Positions 1-9,727 of a stretch of 64,000 nt of DNA are shown here, piece after piece; the first letter of the stretch is position 1; each line of letters starts with the position of its first letter. The position numbers and the translations under genes were made by a program. Source of the stretch: Acidobacteriota bacterium (GTDB lineage Bacteria; Acidobacteriota; UBA890; WLXD01). The stretch spans positions 448,001 through 512,000 of the forward strand of contig CBDFKD010000002.1 in NCBI GenBank assembly GCA_965248695.1, written 5' to 3'. The notes beneath the pieces are model-generated. The model searched no databases, was not told the DNA's origin, and worked only from the letters and a program-made list of their open reading frames with translations.

Positions 1-110
1 TCATGACTCTGACTCCATGGTTGCGGACAGTCATCTGAGCGACGCAGTCGCGGCTCCCACGGGGGAGCGCCGGCCCCGACACCAAGAATGCACTGATTAT
101 CGGCCCTTGG

Positions 111-1838
111 TCAGGCGCCCGCCAGGGACAGCCGAAACGCCGCCATTTCCTCGCGGTTGCGAACCAGCAACAGGTCACCGACCAGCACCGGATGGTTCCA
201 GGTCTTGCCGTCGATGGCCGGGAAGCGCGCAATCTCGGTGAACTGGTCGGATGCCGCCGCGACCAGCGCCAGCTCACCCTGCTCCGTTACCACCAACAAG
301 AGGTCCTGGGCGGGTAGCAGGAGGAGCTGACCGTGGCCATACCGTCCGCCCTTCCAGGTGCGTTCGCCGTTCTCCACGTCGATACACGCGAGGATGCTGC
401 CGTCGAACCCGTACGCATGGCCGTCATGAACCACGAAGTCGTTGAAGTAGGGCTTCAACCGGGTCGAGCTCCAGCGCTCCTCGGTGGTCCATCCTTCGGC
501 ACCGCGAGCCACCGCGATGCGCCTTATGCCGTGGGGTAGATCGTTCATGTCGCCGATCAGCAGATCGCCGTCCGCGGTGACAGCGGGCTGCACGATGCTG
601 CCGCCCGAATACTCATGCTGCCATAGCACTGTGCCATCGCCCGGATCGAGGCTGATGACGCCGCCGCTGATCAAGACGACCTGCGCGACCCCGTCGAGCG
701 TCAAGAGATGTGGTGAGCTGTAGCCCCCGCCGGCGTTCGGGCCAAACCAGCGCGGATCGCCGGTATCGAGGTCGTAAGCGACGAGCGTGCCGGCGACCGC
801 GACGATGACCATGTCGCCGACCACCAACGGCGAGCTGGAGAAGCCCCAGTACGGGACGTTCCTGTCGGTGTCGGACGCCGCGTTACGCGACCAGACCACG
901 GCACCGGTCGTCGCGTCGAGGGCGTTGACGATTCCGGTGCCACCGAAGGTGTAGACGCGACCGTTGCGCAAGGTCGGCGTCCCGCGCGGACCGGGACCGG
1001 CATGCGAATCCCAGAAACGCACCGCATTGCTGTGTCGCCAAACCGGTGCCCCGGTGCTCACGCTGTAGCTGGAGACGATCTCGTCGTCGCCGCGCTGCTC
1101 TTGGGTGTAGAGGAGGCCACCGCCTACCGCGAACGACGATACCCCGGGGCCGATCGGCCGGCGCCACAGCTCTACAGGCGGCACCACGGACCAATCGGTC
1201 CGTATCCGTACGCCGCGGACATGGCCGTCGCGCTCGGGGCCGCGGAACCCGGGCCAGTCGGCTTCCGCACCCGGGACTGCCGAGACGGCGGTCAGCGGCT
1301 CTTCGCTCGGCCGAGCAAGTAGCCGCTCCTCGGGCGTATTCACCCACCGCCACTGGAGCTCCAGATGGCTGTCGCCGGTTATGCCATCGATCCGAAGAAG
1401 CGTCCAGGCCCCACACGCGAGCAAGATGACTACCACCATCGTCGCGCGCCGAGATCCATCAGCGAGGTTACGGCTGGCCACTACCCCGACGACAAACGCC
1501 AGGCTCAGCACGGGGATCGCGAAGAAAAAGAACATCAGTCCCTGGCCTGCATTGGAAACCGACAGGTCGAGAAACCGATGCGTAGCCGCGACCCCTACCA
1601 CCATCAGGGCGACAGCACCCAAGCGCTCGGACCAAGCCGCGCGGCTGAAGAACACCCACCACACGACGACCGCCAACGCGCCGATCGCGCCGCCGCCAAC
1701 CCATACCAGCGGGTGGATCTCGGGAAGCACGCTCGGCACGACGAGCCAAGCCAGCCATTGCGCGACCACGGCGACCACGCCGGGCCACAGCCGAAGCGGC
1801 GTGCGAGGGGTCGATGTGTCATTCGATGTGACGGTCAT
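111..1838 (-). CDS. Membrane-anchored PQQ-like (BamB-type) beta-propeller protein
   Basis: 575 aa. Hydrophobic N-terminal helices, then WPGFRGPERDG and repeated propeller motifs (ALDATTGAVVW, YSSP, TWNHPV). Confidence 0.85.
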   Translation of the reverse strand: MTVTSNDTSTPRTPLRLWPGVVAVVAQWLAWLVVPSVLPEIHPLVWVGGGAIGALAVVVWWVFFSRAAWSERLGAVALMVVGVAATHRFLDLSVSNAGQGLMFFFFAIPVLSLAFVVGVVASRNLADGSRRATMVVVILLACGAWTLLRIDGITGDSHLELQWRWVNTPEERLLARPSEEPLTAVSAVPGAEADWPGFRGPERDGHVRGVRIRTDWSVVPPVELWRRPIGPGVSSFAVGGGLLYTQEQRGDDEIVSSYSVSTGAPVWRHSNAVRFWDSHAGPGPRGTPTLRNGRVYTFGGTGIVNALDATTGAVVWSRNAASDTDRNVPYWGFSSSPLVVGDMVIVAVAGTLVAYDLDTGDPRWFGPNAGGGYSSPHLLTLDGVAQVVLISGGVISLDPGDGTVLWQHEYSGGSIVQPAVTADGDLLIGDMNDLPHGIRRIAVARGAEGWTTEERWSSTRLKPYFNDFVVHDGHAYGFDGSILACIDVENGERTWKGGRYGHGQLLLLPAQDLLLVVTEQGELALVAAASDQFTEIARFPAIDGKTWNHPVLVGDLLLVRNREEMAAFRLSLAGA

Positions 1839-1881
1839 GTTTCTCTCCCCCTTTCGGGAACCGGCGACGATCCGTTAGTGT

Positions 1882-1925
1882 ATTATCGATCATCGATAAT
1901 CAAACATCGATCATCGACGCTCGAT
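1882..1925. promoter_or_regulatory. Palindromic operator between divergent genes, probably the PadR site
   Basis: Perfect inverted repeat ATTATCGAT-C-ATCGATAAT at 1882-1900, followed by further ATCGA/TCGA repeats. Confidence 0.55.
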
Positions 1926-1984
1926 AGTGTTCCCAACGAAAACGGAAGCCAGATAGTTTCATCGAAAAGAACGCCAGAACCGGA

Positions 1985-2347
1985 ATGGCCATGAACCAGC
2001 GCAACGATCGACCGACTCGCCCACTCACGCCAGCGACGTTCCATATCCTCCTGAGCCTCAAGCACGGGCCCGCCCACGGCTATCACATCAAGCGGATGGT
2101 GGAGGAGCGCACCAACGACGCTGTCCGCCTCGGGGCCGGAACGCTGTACGCCGGCATCCAGCGGATGACCAACGACGGGCTCATCGCCGAGACCGAACCT
2201 CCGAAGGAAGCAGAGAACCTCGAGCCGAGCTCGCGCTGGCGTTTCTACGCCATAACTTCGCGCGGGAACGAAGCCCTCCAGGGCGAGATCGCCCGTCTCG
2301 AGTCCGACCTCGAAGCGGCCCGCGCCGTCGTGCGCGGGAGGGCGTAG
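1985..2347 (+). CDS. PadR family transcriptional regulator
   Basis: FHILLSL..GPAHGY..GAGTLY..RFYAITSRG winged-helix PadR signature. Confidence 0.92.
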   Translation: MAMNQRNDRPTRPLTPATFHILLSLKHGPAHGYHIKRMVEERTNDAVRLGAGTLYAGIQRMTNDGLIAETEPPKEAENLEPSSRWRFYAITSRGNEALQGEIARLESDLEAARAVVRGRA

Positions 2348-2352
2348 CAACA

Positions 2353-5109
2353 ATGCCGTATCGGCTGCTTCTACGTGCATATCCGCGCTGGTTCCGGGAC
2401 GAGTTCGGCGTCCAGTTGACAAAGTACCTGGCCCACCAGCGCAACGAGTCGAAGTATGGGGAGCGCTTGGTGGGCGCCATCCGCTTCTGGTGGGACGCCG
2501 CGACCGACGCTGTGACCACCGGCCTGACGCTGCGCCTGGGCCGGGCGCGGGACCGTTGGTCGATCCTGTGGCGAGGCCGTGGAACAAGTGGTATTGGCGG
2601 GCTCGGCAATAATGCGCCTGGCCCAGAACGTGGAGACGGGATGATGCTGGATGCGATCACGCGGGACGTGCGCCACGCAATGCGGAGCCTGAAGCGGAAC
2701 CCCGGATATGCGCTTGTCTTCATCGTGACATTGGGTCTCGGGATCGGGGCGAACACGGCGATGTTCAGCGCCGTCAACGGCGTGCTCCTGCGCCCGCTCC
2801 CGCACCAGGACGGCAATCGCCTCGTCTACCTGCGGCATGCGGCGCCACTCGCGGGCATCCAGAACGCTTTGTTCTCCGTCCCAGAGATCGACGACTACCG
2901 GCGTGGATCACCGTCTCTCGAGGCGGTCGCAGAGTTCTCCGCGATGACCTTCACGATGCTCGGACTCGAGACCCCCCGCCGCGTCCGAGCCGGCATCGTA
3001 ACCGGGAACTACTTCGACGTCATGGGACTGTCGGCCACCCTCGGCCGCACCGTCGGGCGTGAGGACGACGGTGAAGCTGCCCCCGCGGTCATCGTCCTGT
3101 CCGATGCGTATTGGCGGAACGTCTTCGGCGCCGATCCCGAGATCGTCGGCAAATCGGTGGAGATGAACGGGCGGACGGCCACGTTCGTCGGCGTCGCCGA
3201 GCCGGCTCCCCCGTATCCCGAGCGTACCGACATCTACGTGAACATGGCGACGAGTCCGCACCACCTCGGCGCATCGATGGTCCATGATCGCATCCACCGG
3301 ATGACGGAGGTGTTCGCCAGACTCGCGCCCGAAGCTACGGTCGAGTCGGCCGGCAGCGAGGCGACGGCGATCACGTCCCGCATTCATACGGAGTATCCGG
3401 AGGCGTACGACGCCGGGACGGGGTTCGAGGTCACCGTCACGCCGCTCAAGAAGCAGCTGACGTCGCGCGCGCGGCCAACTCTCCTCCTTCTTCTTGCCAC
3501 GGCGTCATTCGTCCTGGTCATCGCCTGCGCCAACCTCGCGAACCTGACGCTGACGCGCGTGCTGCGGCGAGGTCACGAGCTGGCGATCCGTGTATCGCTC
3601 GGTGGGAGCCGAGCAGCGCTCCGCCGTGGCCTCCTGGTCGAGAGCCTCGTACTAGCGGCGGCGGGGGCGGCGCTCGGGCTGATCATGGCCTCCGTGAGCC
3701 TCGACCTGCTCGTCCGCTTCGCCGCGCGTTTCACCTCGCGGGCAGCAGAGATCTCGCTCGATGCCTCGGTATTCGGCTTCGCGCTCGCCGCCGCGGTTGC
3801 TGCGTCCATTTTTTTCACCATGCTGCCACCGTTACCGCACGGCGAGGGCGAAGGCGGGATTCTGACTCGAAGTGGTTCCCGTTCGACGATCGGCTCCGGA
3901 GCGCGTCGCGTCCAGCGGACGCTCGTCGTGGCACAGATCGGGATGTCGTTCGTACTACTGATCGGCGCCGGGCTACTGCTGCGAACGATGATGCACCTGA
4001 ATCAGGTGGACCCGGGGTTCGACCAGGCGCGGATCCTGACGATGAATATTCCAGCGTCCATGGAAGGGCAAACGGCGGCCCATCTTCGAACCAAGTATCT
4101 GGGCATCCTCGATGACGTGCGCGCGCTGCCGGGCGTGGACAGAGCGGCGTTGACGAGCTCGGTTCCGCTCGGCGCCACGTCGAGCTTCACGACTCAGTTG
4201 GAAATGAGCGTCGAGGGGCACGAGCCCGTCCCCGGTGCCCCGAGCCCGAGGGCGGATTTTCGCGTCGTTTCGCCCGGCTACTTCGCGACCATGGGTATCG
4301 AGCTGTCACGCGGCCGCGAGTTCATGACGACCGACCTGGAGGACTCGGCGGGAGTCGTCATCGTCAACGAGTCGTTGGCGCGGACCTATTTCGGCGACCG
4401 AGATCCTATCGGTCAACGCATCGCTTGGACCGACCCGGTCTTCAAGTTCATGGGCCTGGGACCGGAGTGGCGGACCGTCGTTGGTGTCGCCACGAACACC
4501 CGAGACGGGGGCCTCGACGCGGAGGTCGTCCATACGATCTACAACGCGTATCGGCAAATCACGCCGATGTTCACCGATGCGCTCGTTGTTCGGACGAGCA
4601 CCGACCCCGCCACCGTCGTGCCCGCCATTCGTGAGTCGATCCTCGCACACGACTCCAATCAGCCAATTACCAACGTCGCGACGATCGCCGATCTCGGCAA
4701 CGAGTCGGTCGCGCCGCGGCGACTCAACGCCATTCTGCTCGGCGCCTTCGCCCTGCTTGCCCTGGTAATCGCCGCCGTAGGAATCGCCGGGGTGCTCGCG
4801 TTCTCGGTCGGCCGCCGAACGCGCGAGTTCGGTGTCCGGAGCGCGCTCGGGGCGGCCCGGTACCAGATCTGGTGGGGTGTGCTCGTCGAGGGAGCGAAGC
4901 TGGCTACGGTCGGCGTCGTCCTGGGAGGCATCACCGCCGTGATCCTGGCGCGGTTCATTTCCGGCCTGCTGGTGGGAGTGCCCGCGCTGGATCCGCTGAC
5001 GTTCGTCGCCGTGGGTATTCTGCTGAGCGGTGTTGCAATGATCGCGGCGTGGTTGCCCGCCTGGCGTGCCGCCGAGGTGAGCCCTATGGAGGCGATGCGG
5101 GCGGAGTAG
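2353..5109 (+). CDS. ADOP-type duplicated ABC permease (MacB/FtsX repeats)
   Basis: LGLGIGANTAMFSAVNGVLLRPLP, IACANLANL, RTREFGVRSALGA and PAWRAA..PMEAMRAE motifs; lies directly after the padR gene. Confidence 0.92.
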   Translation: MPYRLLLRAYPRWFRDEFGVQLTKYLAHQRNESKYGERLVGAIRFWWDAATDAVTTGLTLRLGRARDRWSILWRGRGTSGIGGLGNNAPGPERGDGMMLDAITRDVRHAMRSLKRNPGYALVFIVTLGLGIGANTAMFSAVNGVLLRPLPHQDGNRLVYLRHAAPLAGIQNALFSVPEIDDYRRGSPSLEAVAEFSAMTFTMLGLETPRRVRAGIVTGNYFDVMGLSATLGRTVGREDDGEAAPAVIVLSDAYWRNVFGADPEIVGKSVEMNGRTATFVGVAEPAPPYPERTDIYVNMATSPHHLGASMVHDRIHRMTEVFARLAPEATVESAGSEATAITSRIHTEYPEAYDAGTGFEVTVTPLKKQLTSRARPTLLLLLATASFVLVIACANLANLTLTRVLRRGHELAIRVSLGGSRAALRRGLLVESLVLAAAGAALGLIMASVSLDLLVRFAARFTSRAAEISLDASVFGFALAAAVAASIFFTMLPPLPHGEGEGGILTRSGSRSTIGSGARRVQRTLVVAQIGMSFVLLIGAGLLLRTMMHLNQVDPGFDQARILTMNIPASMEGQTAAHLRTKYLGILDDVRALPGVDRAALTSSVPLGATSSFTTQLEMSVEGHEPVPGAPSPRADFRVVSPGYFATMGIELSRGREFMTTDLEDSAGVVIVNESLARTYFGDRDPIGQRIAWTDPVFKFMGLGPEWRTVVGVATNTRDGGLDAEVVHTIYNAYRQITPMFTDALVVRTSTDPATVVPAIRESILAHDSNQPITNVATIADLGNESVAPRRLNAILLGAFALLALVIAAVGIAGVLAFSVGRRTREFGVRSALGAARYQIWWGVLVEGAKLATVGVVLGGITAVILARFISGLLVGVPALDPLTFVAVGILLSGVAMIAAWLPAWRAAEVSPMEAMRAE

Positions 5110-5189
5110 CTCGAGCCCGCCTGGGTCAACTCTTGGCGGGACGGGTCGTAGGTCCACACGAACATCCCCACGTATGTAGGAACCGTGAC

Positions 5190-6170
5190 ATGGAGGCAAT
5201 CGTCTACGACACGTACGGGTCGCCGGAGGTGCTGCAACTCCGCGAGATCGACAAACCGGCCGTCACCGAAGATGACGTTCTGGTGCGAATCCGCGCTGCT
5301 TCTGCCAATCCCTACGACTGGCACTTCATGCGCGGCGAGCCATACGTCATGCGCATGATGACGGGCCTACTCACGCCGAAGTCCCGAGGTCTGGGCGCCG
5401 ATCTCGCAGGACAGATCGAGGCAGTCGGCAAGAACGTGACGCAGCTTCGGGTAGGCGATGAGGTGTTCGGGCTCATCGGCGGGTGCGCCCAGGGCAGCTT
5501 CGGCGAGTACGCCTGCGTGCCCCAGGACTGGCTGGTGCCGAAGCCCGCCAATTTGACGTTCGAGCAAGCGGCAGCCGTGCCTCTCGCCGGGCTCACGGCG
5601 TTGCAGGGCCTCCGTGACACGGGCGGTGTCGGACCGGACCAGAGGGTCCTCATCAACGGTGCGGCGGGAGGTGTGGGCACGTTCGCGGTTCAGATCGCGA
5701 AGTCGTTCGGCGCCGTTGTGACCGGCGTCTGCAGCACCAGGAACGTCGAGTTGGTCCGCTCACTCGGCGCCGACGAGGTGATCGACTATACCCGCGACGA
5801 TTTCGTCGGTGAAAGCCAGCTGTACGACCACATATTCGATGCGATCGGGAGCCGATCTCTCTCCGATTGTCGGCGAATGTTGACTGCCGACGGTACCTAC
5901 GTCCTCGTCGGATCCTTCGACGACGGGCGCTGGCTCGGACCATTGAAGCGCGGGCTCACCGTGCTCGCGACATCACGGTTCGTGCGTCAGAACCTGGTCA
6001 TGCTGATGGCGAAGAGGAACCGCGCCGACCTCCTCACTCTGAAGGAGCTTGTCGAGGCAGGGACGATTACGCCGATCATCGATAGGCGTTACGAACTGCG
6101 CGAGGTTCCCGAGGCAATTCGGTATCTCGAAGAAGGCCACGCTCGCGGAAAGGTCGTCGTCACCGTCTGA
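5190..6170 (+). CDS. NAD(P)-dependent alcohol dehydrogenase / quinone reductase (MDR family)
   Basis: ATG at 5190 (MEAIVYDTYGSPEVL), INGAAGGVG, GHARGKVVV. Confidence 0.9.
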   Translation: MEAIVYDTYGSPEVLQLREIDKPAVTEDDVLVRIRAASANPYDWHFMRGEPYVMRMMTGLLTPKSRGLGADLAGQIEAVGKNVTQLRVGDEVFGLIGGCAQGSFGEYACVPQDWLVPKPANLTFEQAAAVPLAGLTALQGLRDTGGVGPDQRVLINGAAGGVGTFAVQIAKSFGAVVTGVCSTRNVELVRSLGADEVIDYTRDDFVGESQLYDHIFDAIGSRSLSDCRRMLTADGTYVLVGSFDDGRWLGPLKRGLTVLATSRFVRQNLVMLMAKRNRADLLTLKELVEAGTITPIIDRRYELREVPEAIRYLEEGHARGKVVVTV

Positions 6171-6235
6171 GCAGCGGACGGGCTGGACGCACCTCACGAC
6201 TCGCGGCAACCGCCACAAACGCAGAAGGGCGACTC

Positions 6236-6865
6236 ATGCAAGCGATGACGAAGTCAGATTGGTTCTGGGACTGGAGAGCCAGGAAGTACGACGAACAGGC
6301 GCAGGAGGATGCCGCCCATGGCCGGGCCGTTGAGCGCTTCGCGAAGTACCTGGAGGCGAAGGACATTGTCTTGGACTATGCCTGCGGAACAGGGGTCGTC
6401 GCCTACAAGATCGCCGCCGATGTCAAGAAAGTCGACGCGATTGACGCCTCCGCCGGGATGATCGACCTGGCAAACGAAAGAGCGCGCGAGCTCGGCGTCA
6501 CCAACGTGCACTGCGCACGGAAGACGATCTTCGACGAGCAGCTCGGGCGCGGCTCGTACGACGCCATCCTGGCGTTCAACATCCTGCATCTTCTGGAGGA
6601 TGCACGAAAGGCCCTGGAACGAGCATCGGAGCTACTGAAACCAAAAGGCCTGATGGTGTGCGAAACCCCCTGTCTGGGCGAAGCTGGAGTCCTGATGAAG
6701 ACCCTCGTGCCGATCATCAGCAAGGTCGGACTCCTGTCATATCTGACGCCGTTCAAGATATCCGCCGTAAGCGAGCTGATGACTGCCACCGGCTTTCAGA
6801 TCCTCGAGTCTGAGGTTCTCCAGGGATCGATTCCCAGCTCGTTCGTCGTCGCCCGGAAGCGCTAG
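6236..6865 (+). CDS. Class I SAM-dependent methyltransferase
   Basis: VLDYACGTG motif I; AFNILHLL..LKPKG. Confidence 0.88.
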   Translation: MQAMTKSDWFWDWRARKYDEQAQEDAAHGRAVERFAKYLEAKDIVLDYACGTGVVAYKIAADVKKVDAIDASAGMIDLANERARELGVTNVHCARKTIFDEQLGRGSYDAILAFNILHLLEDARKALERASELLKPKGLMVCETPCLGEAGVLMKTLVPIISKVGLLSYLTPFKISAVSELMTATGFQILESEVLQGSIPSSFVVARKR

Positions 6866-6918
6866 GCTCTGTCTGACGCTCGGCGCTGCTGTAGGCCGGG
6901 GACTCAAACGGAGGATCG

Positions 6919-7110
6919 ATGATGGTCTTGTTGGTGCGCAACCGTGTGGAGGATTTCGATCACTGGCGCCGAGTCTTCGACGCACAGACGGAAGCGTCGC
7001 GATCGTCCGGCCTGAGTCTGGCTCAGATGTGGCGAACCGTTGACGACCCGAACGAGGTCTTCTTTCTCCTCGAGGTCGAAGACCGCGGCCGAGCGGAGTC
7101 ATACATGCAT
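6919..7110 (+). pseudogene. Small ABM/cyclase-like protein, apparently 3'-truncated
   Basis: GGAGG RBS, then VRNRVEDFDHWRRVFD..DDPNEVFFLLE. The reading frame then runs on into the antisense strand of the next gene. Confidence 0.45.
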
Positions 7111-8027
7111 GCGTCGTCGCTTTCGGACGGCTCGCATACCGTGATCTCCATTGCTGCGCCAGGCGTTGCGCCGACACGGGCAACCAGCACGAAGAGGCCG
7201 TCGGCGGCGGCGGAATCGGCGGCGGCCTCGACAGCGTCACCTGCAAGGGAAAGATGGCGCTCGACCTCGGTGAAACCGGCACGCTGCAGCGCGTCGACGT
7301 ACTCGCCGTCGGCATACGCCTGAGTGGTGTTCACGTAGCTGGCTACTTCGCCCGACCCGAGGGCGACGACGAAGTAGCGCTCGGTCGCGGCGCGGGAATC
7401 GGGATGCCAGTCGCCTTCGCGCAGGCACAGGTGTGGCTCATCGCAGAAAATGCCCTGCGACGCGCTGAACCACGTCGGCTCCTGTTGCGCCAACGACCGC
7501 ACGAGCTGCTCCGTCTGAGCTTCCACCACCAGCGCGCCGCCCGGTGAGAGCGCATGACGCGCCTTGGCCAGAATCGTCTCGGCATTGGCGGGAGGGAAGC
7601 AATTGAGCTCGCCGAACGTGAATAGCACGAGGTCGAAGCCGGAACCCAGATCGGCATCCCCCAGATCTTCGAGGCGATACTCGCAGGAAAGCGCCTCCCG
7701 CTCGGCCTCGGATCGCGCATGTTCGATGGACGCTGGCGACACGTCGATTCCGACGCACGAGTGGCCCAGTCGCGCGAAGCGTGTGGTGTAGAAGCCGGGG
7801 CCGCAGCCGAGATCCAGAATCCGCGCCGTGGTCGCCCGGAGCACGTGCTGATGGACCCAGGCGACCTGCTTGTCGATGGTCTCGAACCGCCGGCTCGCCC
7901 GGTCGTGCTCCTGCGACAAATGCGCCTGTAGCATGCGCTTGCTGAAGGCAGGCTCGTGCCAGGGAATCTTGCCGCCGGCGGCCCAGGGAACGACCTCCTC
8001 CCGGGACCCAAAGTCCGAAAGCTTCAC
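7023..8027 (-). CDS. Class I SAM-dependent methyltransferase (C-terminus possibly aberrant)
   Basis: KIPWHEPAFSKRML..HLSQEHDRASR and ILDLGCGPG; probable GTG start at 8027. Confidence 0.82.
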   Translation of the reverse strand: MKLSDFGSREEVVPWAAGGKIPWHEPAFSKRMLQAHLSQEHDRASRRFETIDKQVAWVHQHVLRATTARILDLGCGPGFYTTRFARLGHSCVGIDVSPASIEHARSEAEREALSCEYRLEDLGDADLGSGFDLVLFTFGELNCFPPANAETILAKARHALSPGGALVVEAQTEQLVRSLAQQEPTWFSASQGIFCDEPHLCLREGDWHPDSRAATERYFVVALGSGEVASYVNTTQAYADGEYVDALQRAGFTEVERHLSLAGDAVEAAADSAAADGLFVLVARVGATPGAAMEITVCEPSESDDACMYDSARPRSSTSRRKKTSFGSSTVRHI

Positions 8028-8191
8028 GTTCGCATCCGGTGGTCCGCGACACGCAACACCCACCGTTCCAACGGCAGCGGCTCGCGCTCGGCCACGGTTG
8101 CGGTGAACGCCTCGGGCTCACCAGCGTAGGCCTGGAGCATGAGCGCCGGGTACTCGGCAGCGTGGGATGGCTTCAGCCGGATGACCTGCAT
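8024..8191 (-). pseudogene. 5' fragment of a GNAT acetyltransferase
   Basis: Hand translation MQVIRLKPSHAAEYPALMLQAYAGEPEAFTATVAEREPLPLERW..; stops after 55 aa. Confidence 0.6.
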
Positions 8192-8694
8192 GGCACGAGC
8201 ATAGCGTTGACTCGATAAACCAGCCGACCCTCCTTGTCGGAGTCTGGTTCCAGAATGCCACCGATCTTCTCCACGGCCCGTTGGGACCGGATGTTCTCCG
8301 GACTGATGAAGAACACGACGGAATCCACGACACGGAACGCATGCCGCAGCATGAGCTGTTTCAGTTCCGCGTTGTACTTACCGCCCCAGTGGGACCGGGC
8401 CAAGAACGTCCAGCCGATCTCGATCTCGCTTGCCTCCTCGCGATAGCCGAAGAAGCGGGAGGAACCGATCACGCGCCGGGTGTCAGCATCGGTGACCAGC
8501 AAGGCACCGCGAGACGCGAGCGACTCGGAGAAGAAATTCCGAAAACCCGCGTCCTCGTGGCGATTCTTGTCGGCGTGTTGCTCCCAGATCAGCGGATCGG
8601 CAGCAACGGCGTAGAGCTCACGGTAGTCGTCGGGGCGAAGCGGTCTGAGGGTAACCAGTGCACCGATCAGAGTCGGTTGACTGTCGAAGGACAC
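8173..8694 (-). CDS. GNAT (RimJ/RimL-type) N-acetyltransferase
   Basis: EIGWTFLARSHWGGKYNAELKQLML..NIRSQRAVEKIG. Confidence 0.9.
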   Translation of the reverse strand: MSFDSQPTLIGALVTLRPLRPDDYRELYAVAADPLIWEQHADKNRHEDAGFRNFFSESLASRGALLVTDADTRRVIGSSRFFGYREEASEIEIGWTFLARSHWGGKYNAELKQLMLRHAFRVVDSVVFFISPENIRSQRAVEKIGGILEPDSDKEGRLVYRVNAMLVPCRSSG

Positions 8695-8783
8695 CTACAC
8701 CGCTCCTACCAGCCCGGCCCCGGTGCGGTAACTTGAGCGCGGCAACGAGGATAAACATCCAATCCAAACCGACGGTATTGGAA

Positions 8784-9119
8784 ATGGCCTCTGATCTGAG
8801 CTTCGTCCAGTACGTGGTGGACCAACTCGCTGAGGATTGCGAGGCTACCTACAAGCATATGTTCGGTGAGTTCGGTCTCCATAGCGGCAGCAAATTCATC
8901 GGACTGATCTGCGACAACCGGCTGTTCATCAAGCCCACCGTAGGTGGCCGCGCGTTCATCGGTGACGTGGTCGAAGCTCCCCCCTACCCCGGTGCCAAAC
9001 CGAGTCTCTTGATCGAGCACCAGATCGAGGACGCAGCGTGGCTGAGTGAGCTGGTGAGAATCACCGCCACTGAGCTACCGACGCCGAAACCGAAAAAGCG
9101 GAAGAAGAAGAAGGGCTGA
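8784..9119 (+). CDS. TfoX/Sxy N-terminal domain protein
   Basis: MASDLSFVQYVVDQL..KHMFGEFGL..LICDNRLFIKPT..PYPGAKP. Confidence 0.85.
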   Translation: MASDLSFVQYVVDQLAEDCEATYKHMFGEFGLHSGSKFIGLICDNRLFIKPTVGGRAFIGDVVEAPPYPGAKPSLLIEHQIEDAAWLSELVRITATELPTPKPKKRKKKKG

Positions 9120-9128
9120 TCCGACGAG

Positions 9129-9536
9129 CTACAAGACGTAGAAAGCGACCCAACCGAGGTAGAGCCCGAAGGCAATGTTGAGCGCGCCGAGGGCCCGCAG
9201 CACTGGATTCGCGGCCGTCTCGAAGAACATCAGCGCAAAACGCTGGTAGAAGTCCGGGACAGCGATGAGCACGCCGCCCGCGAAGGCTCCGATCCAGCCC
9301 AGGCCCTCGAGCAAGATGGTTGTGTTGGCATGGTCCGGGTGGGCCTGGCGCGCCGTGACGATCAGCGGGCTGGCGACCAGAACCAGCAAAACTGCTCCAA
9401 GTATCCGGACACGCCCCAGGGTCGAGGTCATACGCCGATAACGATCGACCGTGGCGGCGGGTGCGAATAGCAACCCGCCTCGGCCCGCGATAACCAAGAC
9501 GGCCACGAATGCGGTGACGATGGCAATCGGTTCCAT
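9129..9536 (-). CDS. Hypothetical membrane protein
   Basis: 135 aa, about 4 hydrophobic segments, GGAGG RBS. Confidence 0.7.
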   Translation of the reverse strand: MEPIAIVTAFVAVLVIAGRGGLLFAPAATVDRYRRMTSTLGRVRILGAVLLVLVASPLIVTARQAHPDHANTTILLEGLGWIGAFAGGVLIAVPDFYQRFALMFFETAANPVLRALGALNIAFGLYLGWVAFYVL

Positions 9537-9727
9537 GCGAGCCTCCCGAAGGCCCGGACCGTAAGCGGATCAGCGAACAGTCTCGACGAGCGGGTCGAGC
9601 CCTTCCAACATCGTAACCGCCTACGAGACATGAACACAGCTATCGGAAGAACCAATGCTATGCGTAGCCAGGACACGATGGGTACGGCAACGAACGCGGT
9701 GGCACGCTGCGTGCCGGGGGTCCCTCG

